DNA from: Vicugna vicugna
Lineage: Eukaryota
Assembly: GCA_013265495.1 (NCBI GenBank)
Contig: MU058836.1
Location: 620,001 to 684,000, forward strand
Length of the DNA stretch: 64,000 nucleotides
Direction of reading: 5' to 3'
Part shown: positions 13,103-25,621 of the stretch, in pieces
How the letters are laid out: each line of letters starts with the position of its first letter
Numbering within the stretch: position 1 is the first letter of the stretch
Translations under genes and position numbers: made by a program
The notes under the pieces: generated by a model
Database searches by the model: none
What the model was told of the DNA's origin: nothing
The model's input: the letters and a program-made list of their open reading frames with translations, nothing else

Positions 13103-14039
13103 CACTCAACTCGAATAACACGGGGTTGAGCAGCGTTGAGTCCACTTACATGTGGATTTTTTCAATAAATAAGCTGGAAAACTTGGAGATTTGCAACCAC
13201 TTGAAAAAAACTCAGACAAATCACATAGCCTAAAAATACTGAAAGAAATTAAGAAAAAGTTAGGTTTGTCATAAAAAATACATGTAGATACTAGTCTCCC
13301 CTTACATAGGCATAAAGTGAGTGATATTTAATATATTTAATATAACACTAATTATGTGTTAGTTTTCTTACTGTCTAATAATTTTACTTTCTTTTTAAAA
13401 AAGATGTTTTGAGGGGGTGAGAGTAATTTGATTTGTTTATTTTACTTATTTCTTAGTGGAGGTACCGGGTATTGAACCCAGGACCTCATGCATGCTAAGC
13501 AGGCACTTTACCATTGAGCTATACCCTCCCCACTCTAACTTTGCTTTCAAATAATTACAATACAATATCGCTGCTTCTCTGCTATTGTGCATAAATCGCT
13601 ATATGTGTAAATAAATATCAATTTCTTTTTCCACATTATCTTTTCATTCTTGATGTCAAGTGTGAGTCATATGTATAAGATCTACAGTGGTTTATATCAT
13701 CTAAGACAATACTGATGTCAGAACTGCCAGACAGTTGATTCATTTTGTAAGGCTGTCTCTTTGTATAAACTTTTGGTATCGATAAATACAGTACAGGGCT
13801 GTGAATGTATTTTCTCTTCCTTGTGATGTTCTTAACATTTTCTTTTCTCTAGCTTACTTTATTGTAAGAATACAGTATATCTTATGTATAGCATACAAAA
13901 TATGTGTTAATCAACTGTTTTTGTTATCAGTCAACAGTAGTATGAGTAATTAAGTTTGGGGGGACTCAAAAGCTATCCGTGGATTTTTAACTGCATGGAA
14001 GGTCAGTGCTCCTGACCCGTGTTGTTCAAGGATCAACTG
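13103..14039 (+). mobile_element. Tigger2-family non-autonomous DNA transposon, interrupted by SINE
   Basis: Right TIR gttgttcaaggatcaactg, degenerate left TIR, TA on both sides, gtccacttacatgtggattttt motif. Confidence 0.8.
13392..13531 (-). mobile_element. tRNA-derived SINE (Vic-1-like)
   Basis: attgaacccaggacctc...gagctataccctcccc; TSD taattttactttc (13379-13391) / taactttgctttc (13536-13548). Confidence 0.9.
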
Positions 14040-14269
14040 TAATTATAAAGCAAACAAGGGGGACTATGATGCCTCTTCTGTTATGAGCACAAGTCTTTGT
14101 GAAAAGACTGTCTTTTCAGAAGTGACAAAATTCTGCCGGGGTTGAATTCCGAGCTTGCTCTCCCAGTTTAAGTGAACAGAGATGAATGTACAGCAGCAGA
14201 ATTAAGAGGATGATCACTTCCCTCTACAGGAACGGGATACCATCTTTTTCATTTGTGGGTTTGTTCCTC

Positions 14270-14700
14270 AGAATTGCTCTGTTGTGCTAGGTGCTGCACT
14301 AGGTGTCGTGCTAGATGTCGGGGATACAACGAGGAGAAAAACAAACGAGGTTTCTGCTCTCCGGGGGCTCACAGTCTGGTGGAGAAGTTAACACGCAAGT
14401 ACCGTGGAAGGTGCTAATGAGGCTGCGGCACGTGTGGTCGGGAAGAGGGAGCTGGGACCCGAGGAGGTCGCTGTCAGTGGAAACAGAATCAGCTCTCGCC
14501 ACTGGCCCAGGAGTGCGAGCAGAGTTCGAGGGAGCCAAATTCCAGACACGGTCATTACCAGAGTCGCCAAGAGGAACTGTAACAAAGTGGCATTGCCCAA
14601 ACTGTAGAGTCTGGTGACAGTGGCACCAAGCAGAAGACCCGTGTGGTCCATTGTGCCTGCTTGGCTCTGGAGAGCTCACCTCTGAAATGCCAAGGGTTGG
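14270..14700 (-). mobile_element. L2 LINE 3' fragment
   Basis: gtgctaggtgctg...ggggatacaa...gggctcacagtctggtggag. Confidence 0.6.
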
Positions 14701-17700
14701 ATGTGGTTGTCACCAGACACAGAAGGAAGGGCAGAGGGAGACAGTAACAGGCTGGACTGCTGAGCCCCAGGTCAGGGAAGCCCTGCAGACGGGTCTAAGG
14801 GAGGCAGATTATTAATACACACCTTGCCTCTGTCAGGATTGGCCCAGGGACTGGCATGAGGCTGAGCCAACAGGGAGGGGGCAGGCAGCACAGGCGGCTT
14901 CTGTGGTGAGGATGCCAGCAGGGGCCAGATGGAAACTCTGACCGTAATGCTAATTCATTCCCTCTGTGGTCGTCTGCTCAGACAAATGTCAGTCTCTTGT
15001 GGGTTTAGTTTAAAGCTATTGGCTGTGTGGGGCCAAAGCTCTACCTCCTTGATTTGTTTTAATGTCTGAGTCTCTGATCAGCTGAGTTTAAAGGAAGAGA
15101 TGATCAAGGTCGTGGCCACTGGGAAGACACCCTAACGCTTTAGAGAGCAGTTGGGAAAACGCTACTAGGCTTCCCAGAGCCGAGGTACACCTCAGCCGGG
15201 GAAATTCATTCTGTACTATTCAGAATGCAACCTCAGTCCATGAGGTTTTGGGGCAGACAGGGAGCCTGTGACCTTTAACCTGTCCAAGCCAACCTCTCCT
15301 GGGGAAGAATGTTGACTCTTCCAGGGGCAAAGCTGGTTTGGAGCAAAGAAAGGCAGAAGACGGGGCTTGACTGACCCATGCATGGTGCCATGACACCTTG
15401 TCCATTTGTTGGATGGGGCCCCCCTTAGGAACTGTCCACACCCCCAAGTCTTCCCAGGGACATGTAGCTGGAGCCCCTGAAGTGAACGCTGACCCAACTG
15501 GCAAGAGATTTGCTTGCACCGGGGCTTGACCACAGACCTGCAACCCTGATAGTTCGTACTCCCTGACTCAATTTCCTTAACTCCTCTTGAGATAATTTCC
15601 AACACTGAGAAGAAAGACTAGTGTCCTGGCCAAAAATGAAAACGTCATGCTAGATAGTCAATGTCGTCCAAGAGACAGTACATTTAATGGTCCCAAAGTA
15701 GCTTCAGGCCTCCAAGAGGATTTTACTTGCCGAGCCTTGGAGCAGCTCAGTGATGCCTTCTCTATCTGCTCTGTATTCAAACAGTCATAAATAGTTAACT
15801 GTGTGAGTCCTTTTTTTAAACCTCCCAAGAGCAACTAAAAATAGCCCCTGGGGGCTCGATGCCTATTTCCTCAGGTCTTCCTCTTAAGCTTTCGATGTTG
15901 GTGGTGACGATTCACTGTGCCTGGCACCCACAGACTTGCAGGGACAAAGCAGCTGGGCTGGAAGGCAGGGAGGCGGTGTGTCCAGAGGGTCCCCTGGGAG
16001 GTGGAACCTAGCATCGATTCACTCTACACATCCAGGGATGAGAGGGGTCACCGGTTTCCCTGCCAGCAAGAGGAGCGAGGCAGGGAAGTCTCCCCCTCCC
16101 CAGGGTGCGGCACGCGTCTCCCCTTGAGTGGGAGGCTTCAACAGATCCTTCAGCAAGGCGAGGCCTGCCAGCGGACAAGTGCTATTATGACATGTCAAGT
16201 CCACACTCATTATGTGCTTTTGCAGTGCATGGCTCCCTGCCGCTTCCCGTCTTCAGGCCAGAGTCGGGCTCTCCTGCCAGTTTTCCAGCCCAGGGGCATG
16301 ACCCGAGGCTCAGCATCCATCACAAACTCAAGGGACAAGGGGCAGGAACAGTCGAGCCCGACTCCACCACCTGCCTGTTCCTCCCAGCCATGCCTCTGCT
16401 TTCTTTATGCGTAGCTCCAACAGTAAATACCACCTCTCCCTGACTCTCCACCCACCCCCTTCAGGGAAGGGAGACACTCCGTGCAAACAGACCACCAGCT
16501 CAGAGCACTCCTGCCGACCCAGGCGGACGCGTAGGGCAGCACATGCCAGGCGGCCCCAGTGCCGTCAGTCTCCTCACCCTACTGCCAACAATGCAGTGAT
16601 TAGCTGTGTCTCGGGCCCCCTGACACCCCTTAACCTGGAAAATCAGGCAGACTTTCCACGACAGCAATCAGCTCCCAGACACATCAAACCGTAATGTGAT
16701 TACGCCATTTACCAAAATGCAAAGAGCGATACTTGAGGCGTTTCTGATTAGGGCTGACATTCCCCCTCTAATGGGCCACCCTGTTCATCAAAGCTGTTGC
16801 TATGACTATGGCGATGGTGGGGAAATAAGCCCCACTTGCTTCGGGCCTACCAAACACTGCCAAGGAAGAGGTCAGCTTTTCTTAGGGACACAGCAGAAGA
16901 ATTGCTTCTTCCTGCCCGGGAAGGCCTTTCTATTGAACTCCCACCAGCAGCCAGAAAGAGAGGCCTCTGTTTTTTCTCACTAACTACGTTGGGGTTTTCT
17001 GGTTCCACTGCTCAAGATGACTTGATAGCATTGTGCTGGGAGGAATCAGGGAGGAGGCACTGAGGGGGCAGGATACGAAGGCTGATTTGTGGGGCTGTCA
17101 GAGCCTTCTGGTTTCCAGAACTGTCTTAATTGCTAGTGGCCCCATGGGAACCATGTGGGGCATGAGAACCTGGGGGCAGCGGGGAGAGATGATCTGCGGA
17201 AAAGCCCAGCTTTTCCCATGGCAGGAACACTGGCTCACACCGCCCTCTCTGTTCCAGAGCCTCTAAAGCATTTGGCAGAGACGAGCCCACACCACACACC
17301 CTAGGACAAGGCAGATGGAAAATCAGAGGTGAGGACGAAATGGATCTGACAGGCCGGGATGGAAACCCCTTGGCCTCTGCTCTGTGCCACAGGGAACCCC
17401 AAAACTGCAGGAGAGACTGGCCATCAGAACCTGGCCCCGGTGCTTTGGTGGTAAACTATTCCATGACCCAAGTCGGCCTTCTTTCGGGTGCAGACATGCA
17501 CTGAAAAGGAGCCCGTGAGGTGGGTGACATGGCACAGCTCCTCCCCCACCATGGGACAGGACATCTGGGCAGACTCAGGAAGCCCGGTTTCCAGTCCAAG
17601 TCCTTCTAGAATTGTTTCTGAGCCTTGGTTTTCCCACCTTCAGAGTGGGGACAAGGAAATCTACTCTGCTGTCCTCACAGGGAAGTAAAAGTTCAAATCG

Positions 17701-17734
17701 CTTCATTTGGGGCAAAGTGACGTGTGAACTCCAG

Positions 17735-17872
17735 AGCACAGATCTTCAAACCTGGCTGCATTTCGGAGCCACCTAAGGAGTTTTATAAAGCTCTGACACC
17801 TGAGCCCCAGTACCAGACATCCCGGTGGCGGCCAGGGCTGGGGGATGCAGCTGAAATGGAGAACAACTGCTC
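17735..17872. mobile_element. MER5-like hAT-Charlie fragment
   Basis: cttcaaacctggctgcatttcggagccacct...gagaacaactgc. Confidence 0.55.
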
Positions 17873-18869
17873 TCGCGGGCTGTGGAGTGCTGTACCCCCT
17901 CTTTGAGCCTCATTTCTAAAACAATGTCTCTTTTTAATGAGGATAAGAATTTCTTAAATAAAAGACTTTTGTGAGGATGAAAGTAGAGAATGTATACGAG
18001 GGTGCATAAGGTGGTCCAGCCCAGCGTCCTAATTAATGTTTAAGGCCCTCATTAGAGGCCACTGTCTCTGTTTCAGGGGAAAGAGCTTGTCCCCAGAGCT
18101 GAGACCCCAGACAGCACCTGGCCCCTGAGCTATGTGCCTGCATGCAAGCTGCGGGATAACAGGGATCATGTGTGACCCCCAAAGCCTTTCCCACGCTTGA
18201 TCTCACTTAATTATAGCAATAACCTGGTGAGGTCGCTCACACTGCTGTTACCGCCCTCTGAAGCAACATCACAGGTGATGGAGGCAGTTAGCGGCGGAGC
18301 TGGGATTTTAGTCCAAATTCGTCTTGTTCCGAAACTGGAGTTCTTTCTACGACCTTCTTGGTTAGGACCGACCTGAGTCAATTTTGTCATTCACTACGGA
18401 CGCACACAAGGTCTCCAGGCCTCCAGGTCTCTGCATGTTATAATGAAAGCAGGTGTCAGATAGAATTCTGCCACCCAGGCTCTCATTTATCAGCAAGCAG
18501 GTGCAAGAACAGGCACGTGGCTGGCTCTGTGAACTCAGCGATATCCCGAATCGTGGTCCTTTTTGGTATCCCAGCAGAGCCTTGCACGAAAGCTTTGCTC
18601 AGGGCAGAGGTGATATTTTTTTAGCACCAGGATCCAGCTAACCTTGCAGCTAGGTCATGAGTTAAAAAAAAATTCTCTGATCATCAACAAACACAGGATC
18701 CGTCTGGAGTCGTAAGCTCATGGCACTGTTCCATTTAGCTAACGCAGGGAAACCCATCAGAAGGCTACCAGAACATTCCAGCCTAGAGTTGCCAGAGATC
18801 TTTCTCAATGACTGTGAGGAAGGACGAGGGGTTAGGTTATTCACTGGGCCAACCAAATACACTGGGTGC

Positions 18870-19296
18870 TGTATGAGGCTCCCAGGGCTGCCATAACAAA
18901 GCACCACGGACTGGGTGGCTAAAAACAACAGAAATGTATTCCCTCACAGTTCTGGAGGCCAGGAGTCCAAAACCAAGATGTCAGCAGGGCCATGCTCTCT
19001 TTGAAGGTTCTGGGGAAAGATCATTCCCTGACTCTCTCTTAGCATCTGGTGGACAAAAATATATATGTATAACTGAGAGTTGCTATTCTGTACACCAGAA
19101 ACAAACATAACATTGTAAATCAAATATACTTCAATAAAAAAAATACATACGGACACTAGTCATATGAATGAAGGACCTACCCTAATGCAGTACGACCTCA
19201 ACTAAGTACGTCTGCAAAGACCTTATTTTCAAATAAGGTCACATTTTGAGGTTCCAAGTGGACATGAATTTTGGGGACACTTTCCAGCCCAGTCCA
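18870..19296 (-). mobile_element. MLT1 (B/C-like) MaLR solo LTR containing an L1 3' tip at ~19053-19143
   Basis: cccagggctgccataacaaagcaccac...cacagttctggaggcc...tctgcaaagaccttattttcaaataaggtcaca. Confidence 0.85.
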
Positions 19297-19499
19297 AGCA
19301 CCTCCACTGTGCCAAGTGCAGTGGAGAGAGAGGACAAAGGTGAGCGAACCCTACCCTGCACTGGGTTGGCTCGCTCCAGGGAGGGAGACCAGCAGGTGGG
19401 CAAGGGCCCTGAGAGCGGTAAACGCACGCCGCTGCTGCAGCACGAAGGCGGCATTTCATCCAGCTGAACAGGATGGTGGAGGCAGCCTGTGGGCTGACT

Positions 19500-20160
19500 T
19501 GGGGAGGTCTGGTAGGAGGCACCAGGTAGAGAAGGATGGAAGGGCGGCAGACAGAGGGAAGGGCGTGTAAATCCAAGGGTCTGGTTGTAAAGGGAGCAAG
19601 ACTGGTTCCCTGAGACAGGACTGTGGGATCCGAGACGGGCAAGCGGTGACAGGTGAAGCCAAGCTGTTGGACAGGAGCAGGTCAGGCAGGGTCCCACGTG
19701 CTGGTCTAAGACACTTGGGACTTAATCTTATGGAGCTCAGGGAGCCTTTGGCATCTTTGAATCAAGGAGTAATGTAGTCATATTTGCATGTTAGAACAAT
19801 CACTCTGGAGCAATGAAAAGGATCCACCAGAAAGGTTAAGACTGAAACGGGAAGTCCAAGCAGAAGACAAGGAATGACAAGGCTCTGGCATCTGGCAGCA
19901 ACGCTGGGGATGGAGAGAAGAGAATGGATTTAATATTAATCAGAAGTGGGAATCGGCAGCGCGGGTTGATAGATGGAATGCTGGATGCAAAACAGAAGGA
20001 GCTGGTCATGGCATCCAAAGTGCTCTATTTTGGTTTTTTGTTTTATTTTAAGTTTAGTTCTTGGAGCCATCCATGAACTCCCTGGGAATGCACCAAGGAT
20101 CGAATCCCGGAAACTTCAACATTTAAGAAGCAGGAGGGAGAAAACCAGCTAGAAAGGAAT
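19500..20160 (-). mobile_element. L2 LINE fragment
   Basis: Purine-rich reverse L2 motifs (ttagaacaatcactctgg, ggggatggagagaagagaatggatt). Confidence 0.65.
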
Positions 20161-20393
20161 TCAGTGAACAGTCAAGTGACAGGAGAGCTGGAACTCACAC
20201 AGAGGGTCCTGAGGGGACCCGGTCGGAGCGGGGGCCTGAGTGGTGGAACTAGCCCGAGGAGGAAGGCCCCTGGGCGGCTTGGAGACCCAGGAAGGAGGTG
20301 GGTGGGGACGAGGACCACCAAACTTACATCGGGCAACTTGCCCAAGTCTTGATGTCCCCAGAACAATGGGGTCAGGACAATTCATTCCGTTAG

Positions 20394-20486
20394 CTAGGGT
20401 GACCAGTCATCCATTCTGGTTTTAGCATTGAAAGCCCAGTATCCCAAGAAACCCTTCTGTCCTGGGAAACCTGCTTGGTCCCCTAG
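20394..20486. mobile_element. MER81/MER94-like hAT-Blackjack MITE
   Basis: TIRs tagggtgacca / tggtccccta. Confidence 0.6.
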
Positions 20487-20992
20487 TCAACAAGCATTTC
20501 CTGGGATTCTGCCACGTGCCACGTACCGTGCGGGATGGCACGGAGCTTAGTAATACTCGGAGCAGGCTTCTGAGCATCCCACAGCCTGGAGGGAAATCAT
20601 GAGTTACAAGGGCTTAAAAACTGGCAGAGGTAAGTTAAGATTCCTCTCTCTCACTGCCAAGGGCAAGTTAAAGGAAAGTGGTCTCGGTATAACTTAGGCC
20701 AGGGATGGAAAAACTTTTATTTTTCAGCAAAATAAGGCCATAACATGAGTTCCTGATAGAGTATGTTAGCAGGAGAAATATTAATTTCTTGCAGAAAACA
20801 AAGAAGGGCAGGAGTTAAGCTTATTCTGTTGTCTAACTCAATAAAAGTAGTGTTAGTTTTCAAGGTAGTCATGTTACGATGATAAATAATTTCTCTTATA
20901 AAGCTGAGGACAGCCAGGGTCAGAAGGAAGGGAGGACAACTGGGAAAGGAGAACCCCTGTTGAGTCTCCCCTTCAGTCCCCACCCTTATTCC

Positions 20993-21489
20993 TGTATGAG
21001 TTCCCTAGGGCTGCCAACAAGCCACCACAATCGACGTGGCTTCAAACAAGGGAATCCATTCTCTCAGGTTCTGGAGCCCAGAGGTCTGAAATCAATGCAC
21101 TGGCAGAGCTGGACTCCTTCTGGAGCTCTTCCGGCTTCTTCTTGCTTCTGGTGGCTTTTGGTGTCACTTGGTGTTCCTTGACTTGTAGCTGCATAACTCC
21201 AATCTCTGTGCCCACCTTCACATGGCTTCTTCCTGTGATTCTTCGTATGTCCTCCTCTTCTGTCTAATCTCCCTCTGCTTTACTCTTGGCAGGACAGCTG
21301 TCATTAGATTAAGCCTTCCCACCCTCCCAGGTCCAGGATGATCTCATCTCAAGATCCTTAAGTTAAAATTACATCTCAAAGACCTTCCCCCTGCCCCCAA
21401 AATAAAGCCACATTCACAGGTTCCAGGGATTAGGACTTGGACATGGCTTCTGGGGGGATGTGGGAGAATCATGAGTCAACCCACTATAT
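20993..21489 (-). mobile_element. MLT1 (C-like) MaLR solo LTR
   Basis: tgtatgagttccctagggctgcc start; cacattcacaggttccagggattaggacttggacat near end. Confidence 0.85.
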
Positions 21490-21884
21490 ACCCCTATTAA
21501 TATAATCCAAGCACATTTTCCCCTCCTATGTGTGGTGGGGGGCAAGGAGAGCTACCCAGCTCTAACATAGACCACCCTCTCTCAGCCCCAGCTGCACCTG
21601 AGCATAAAAACCCTTGATAGGACCTCCATGTATGGTTGTGCGGTTTGTGCACTGCACAAAAGCCCTTGGCTAAGGGGTACTGATATACAGCCTACTCTCT
21701 GCAGGCCAAACCATGTGCCCTGTCAACACTGCACCCACTGGGAGAAAGGGGCACCCTTTTCCTTCTGGGCAAAGGGACTGTCTACATCCTAAGCAGTGTG
21801 CCCACTCATAGAGGGCCCCTTTTTCTGATTTGAACAAAGGTGCTATGTAGGCTAGAGAGAACTTGGCCGCTGACATTCATTAAT

Positions 21885-21947
21885 TCAACTGTATTTGCCA
21901 GTAGCCAATCAGAGGTGATGGTACAAGCTAACAACTGAAGTTTTTCA
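21885..21947. repeat. Copy 1 of a 63-bp local direct repeat
   Basis: 54/63 ungapped identity to 23356-23418. Confidence 0.9.
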
Positions 21948-22376
21948 GGAGCATGCAAAATGTGCCAGACATCAGGACAGGTGCAGAAGGGACTGGTTAT
22001 TTCTTTAGGAAGCAGTGGTGAGAAGAGGAAAACAAAAGGGATCCTTGCCACAGGTTGTGAGTTATAGGGAGAGAGTTGCTGGAAGTGGAGGGAGGGCAGG
22101 GGTGGTCTGGGGAGGTGCACAGCCTGGACAGTCTCCACGTGCGCACACCCTTGCCCTCAGCCCACCCCTCCTAAGCAGTGACGCCTCATCCCATCTGCGA
22201 TAGGAGGGGGCCATGTAGCCAGGCTGAGACCTGCTCCCCAAACCCACCCCACCTTCCACCTCATGCCCTGTAAGACTTCGAAGTAATCACCAGAGCTCCC
22301 TGCAGGGAAGACCTGTTTGAACATTCACGGGGAGCCAGTATGCCTTTGCTTTGAAGAAGGCTGAGTGCTGTGGTAC

Positions 22377-22505
22377 CTGAGGAAGGTGAAGAAGAGCAGC
22401 GCCATCCTCATGGTGGCCAATGGGATACCCACGGGCAATGACTCCCGGAAGAAGAGTAAGACCCATCCCCCAACTCGAACTGCACAGACCAGACCAGCAC
22501 CCATC
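22377..22505 (-). other. Candidate spliced exon (129 nt) of an unknown transcript
   Basis: Acceptor cccccttctccctgtccccttctcctgcag|G, donor CAG|GTACCA; two open frames; no recognised homolog. Confidence 0.25.
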
Positions 22506-22589
22506 CTGCAGGAGAAGGGGACAGGGAGAAGGGGGACTCTCCTTCTGGTGACACTGCAATCCTTTAGGTGTGGACAACCCCAATGTCCT

Positions 22590-22750
22590 TCTGTATCCAC
22601 TATTTTACTGGATCCTCACAACTGACAAACCCATTTTACAGATATTGGAAACTGAGTTTCAGGGATGCAGTCGTCTTTCTCAGAGGCAGGGCTCCCTACT
22701 CCTGGTCAGGTTTTGCATTCAGAGCAGTGATTTTCTGCTTCTGGTCTTTC
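22590..22750 (-). mobile_element. MIR SINE
   Basis: atcctcacaac...cccattttacagatattggaaactgag. Confidence 0.65.
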
Positions 22751-23355
22751 TACTCCAGACCTGCTGAGCATCTGAAGGCTGGGCTCTAATCTAGGACCCT
22801 CCCCTGCTTGTAGAGGTCTCGGGACATGTCACTTAACCCTGCAGCAGCATTTACTCTGTAAATAAAAAGGAATGACAATAATCTTCTCAGTGATGTCACT
22901 GTGGAATAGCCAATAAAAATGATTAAAAAGCAATTGCCAACAATTGAAATCAAATACATAATACGAGAGTAAATGGCTGTGTTCAGCTAGCTTCCATGGG
23001 AACTTAGATATAATTAAAAAAAAAAAAGATCAATCCCTGGATATCTATGCGAGTTAAGAGGGAGTCATTAGTGAGACGGAAAGAAAAGTGGATTTTCTCA
23101 ATGATTTTATTAATAAGGAAAAGAGTAGCTGTGTATTGTTTGTCAAAAAAATGAGATTTTCAGGAGCATATGGCAAATTAATCATTAAGACTCTCTCACG
23201 GCTCAGACCCACTTAATATGTTCTCTGTGGTGTGTGTACAACAAACCTGCAAAATCACATTACAGTCACTATTAAACGATTCATCAGGGTCACTTCCCCA
23301 GTAGATTTAGAATCTGGTGCTTATTCATGCTTCTCCCTCCGTAAGCTTTATTATC

Positions 23356-23418
23356 TCAACTGTGTTTGCCAGTGGCTAATTAGAGGTGATGGTACAAGCT
23401 AATTGCTAAAATTTTTCA
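23356..23418. repeat. Copy 2 of a 63-bp local direct repeat
   Basis: 54/63 ungapped identity to 21885-21947. Confidence 0.9.
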
Positions 23419-24888
23419 AACCAGGCAAAGTATTTATTTTGAGAGGAGGGGGAAATTACAGTTTCATCTTTGGCAGCAGAAGGGATGCATTGTGATTTTA
23501 GCAAACGGTGTGGCTGCTGGTCCTTAGGAGTTCAGGATTAGTTTAATCTGAAGAGCGATTGGCTGACCATGTGGACCTGGGAGCTGAGATGCTATCATTG
23601 CTTCCTGTACCCAGGAACGCGAAGGCTAGAGTGGGCTTATGCTTTGTGGCTTTAAATTCCCATGGCTTGGGTTTAGTCCATGAGGATTTTTCCTCTCTCA
23701 TAACCCTTAACCATAGCGAGATGGGGAAAACTATGGGGGTGGCAAATTGAGCCAGCTCACCAGGGAATGAATGGCAGGGACAGGGAGACCAGCACAGATG
23801 GGCTCCAGGTGATAAGAAAAAGTGCAATCTGCAGGTAGAGAGTAGACTTCAAAGAGCAGAGGAAAGTTATTTGACAGGAGAACACAAAGACAAGGGATTC
23901 AGGAGAGGCAGTGCTTAGAAATTCAGGGGGACAACACTGAGAAGTCTGACAACTAACAACCAAGGCTTGTACCCTAGAGTGGGGGGTCAGGATCGAGACT
24001 GGTCCCTAGCGAGGAAGAGAAAGCAGGCAGAGGAAGAGAAGAATCAAGGCTGGTCTCAAGCACAGAGAGGAACCTCGGGGCAGAAGGATGATGCTGAGTC
24101 CTCGAGATCTCGAGTTGGAAATCTCACTCTTGATCCAGACAGCTACCTTTACAGCAGCCTTCGCCTCCATGACATTTTGTTGGGTTGAGCAGCATCCAAC
24201 GCTCTCAGCATCCATTCCCACTCCCAGGGTGCCTTCCCATTCAGAGGGGGCTGGAAATAGACATTACAACACCATGGCTCGCTGGCAGCTAGGGTTTGCC
24301 ATACAAACGAGGTTCTGCCAATTAGATGTGCTCATGCCAGATTTGAGTGGGGGAAGTGAAGCGGAGACCATTTTCCAGCTGTCTTTACGGTTTCTCCAGG
24401 CAAGAATGATCAGGGGCGTATAGGACTGTGGCAGCCATGAGAATGCACCTCCCACTTCTCCACTGCACAACTGGGATCCACCCAGGGCCCTGCTACTGTG
24501 CTCTGAAATCCACCTCACGTACACCCCTGGAGGCCACACTGCCCATGGGCTGGGAATTATCTCATTTTATTTAATTCTCACAATGAAGCGGGTCTCCTTC
24601 TTATTAGCCACGTTTCGGATTTAAGGACATCGAACTTAAAGAGATTGTGTAATTTCCCCAAAATCACAAGGCTAATCAAGGGCAAGCTCTCCTGCCCAAT
24701 TTATGGTGCATGTACCATGTGCCACATGCCAAGACAGAGCCAACACAGAGGTTATTTCACACCCTCCTCACTGAGAAGGTGTTGCCAGCACCAGGAGTTC
24801 AGCAGGAGTGGGCTTGCTTAAATGGGTCTGATAAAGAAACCTTCATTGCTGGGTTTCTTTTCAATGTTGTTGTCACACCTGTAATAAT

Positions 24889-25074
24889 TAGGATTGCCAG
24901 CTAAAACACAGGACACTCAGTTAAATTTGAACTTCAGATAAATAATTTTTTAGTGTAAGTATGCCCTGGGCAATATCTGAACACACTTAGGCGAAAAAAA
25001 TTATTTGTTATTTATCTGAAATTCAGATCGACCTGGGCGTCCTGTGTTCTCATTTGTCAAATCTAGCAAGTCTA
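24889..25074. mobile_element. MER53-like palindromic hAT MITE
   Basis: TIRs taggattgccag / ctagcaagtcta; internal inverted arms ttcagataaataa / tatttatctgaa; TSD gtaataat / acaataat. Confidence 0.8.
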
Positions 25075-25621
25075 ACAATAATTAACAAACCCCTTCCAAA
25101 GAAATAGGGGGGATGTTACCTGAAGCCATGATGCAAAATGAATTTCTAAGCATTGCCTAAGATGCAAAGCCAGGTGTTCTTAGAAGAAAGGTAACAACAA
25201 TAATGGATTCATTGGGCACCTTTCTACATGGCGGGCGCTTTCCAAAGGCCTTTCACGTAATAATTCACTCTAACCTCACTACGAGCCAGCGGGGTGGGCA
25301 TGGCAATTATTCCCGACTCACAGACAACTAAGACAAGGACAGCTGACCAGCAAGCCAAAGGACTGGGGTTCCAGCCATGATGGTCAGTTCCTGACACCAG
25401 GTGCTTAAGTGCTACCCATTCTCACAGACAAAAAGGCTCAATTTGCCAAATTAGTCAGAGAATATCCAACTCAGGTTGACACAGACGTTTGGATTCCCTC
25501 TTGATTTGCTCTTCTCCATCTTTCTCCCTAACGAATGTCACTCCCTTTCTCTCCTGGTCTGGCAGCGATTTAACCAGAGCTGGCATTGTTAAATGGAAAT
25601 TTTCCTTTTAAAAAGCATTGC

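Noticed and set aside
21885..21947. Duplicated element as a pair of mutually exclusive coding exons or a known miRNA
   Set aside because: Stops interrupt the shared frames in at least one copy, there is no long pre-miRNA stem, and I recognise no mature miRNA.
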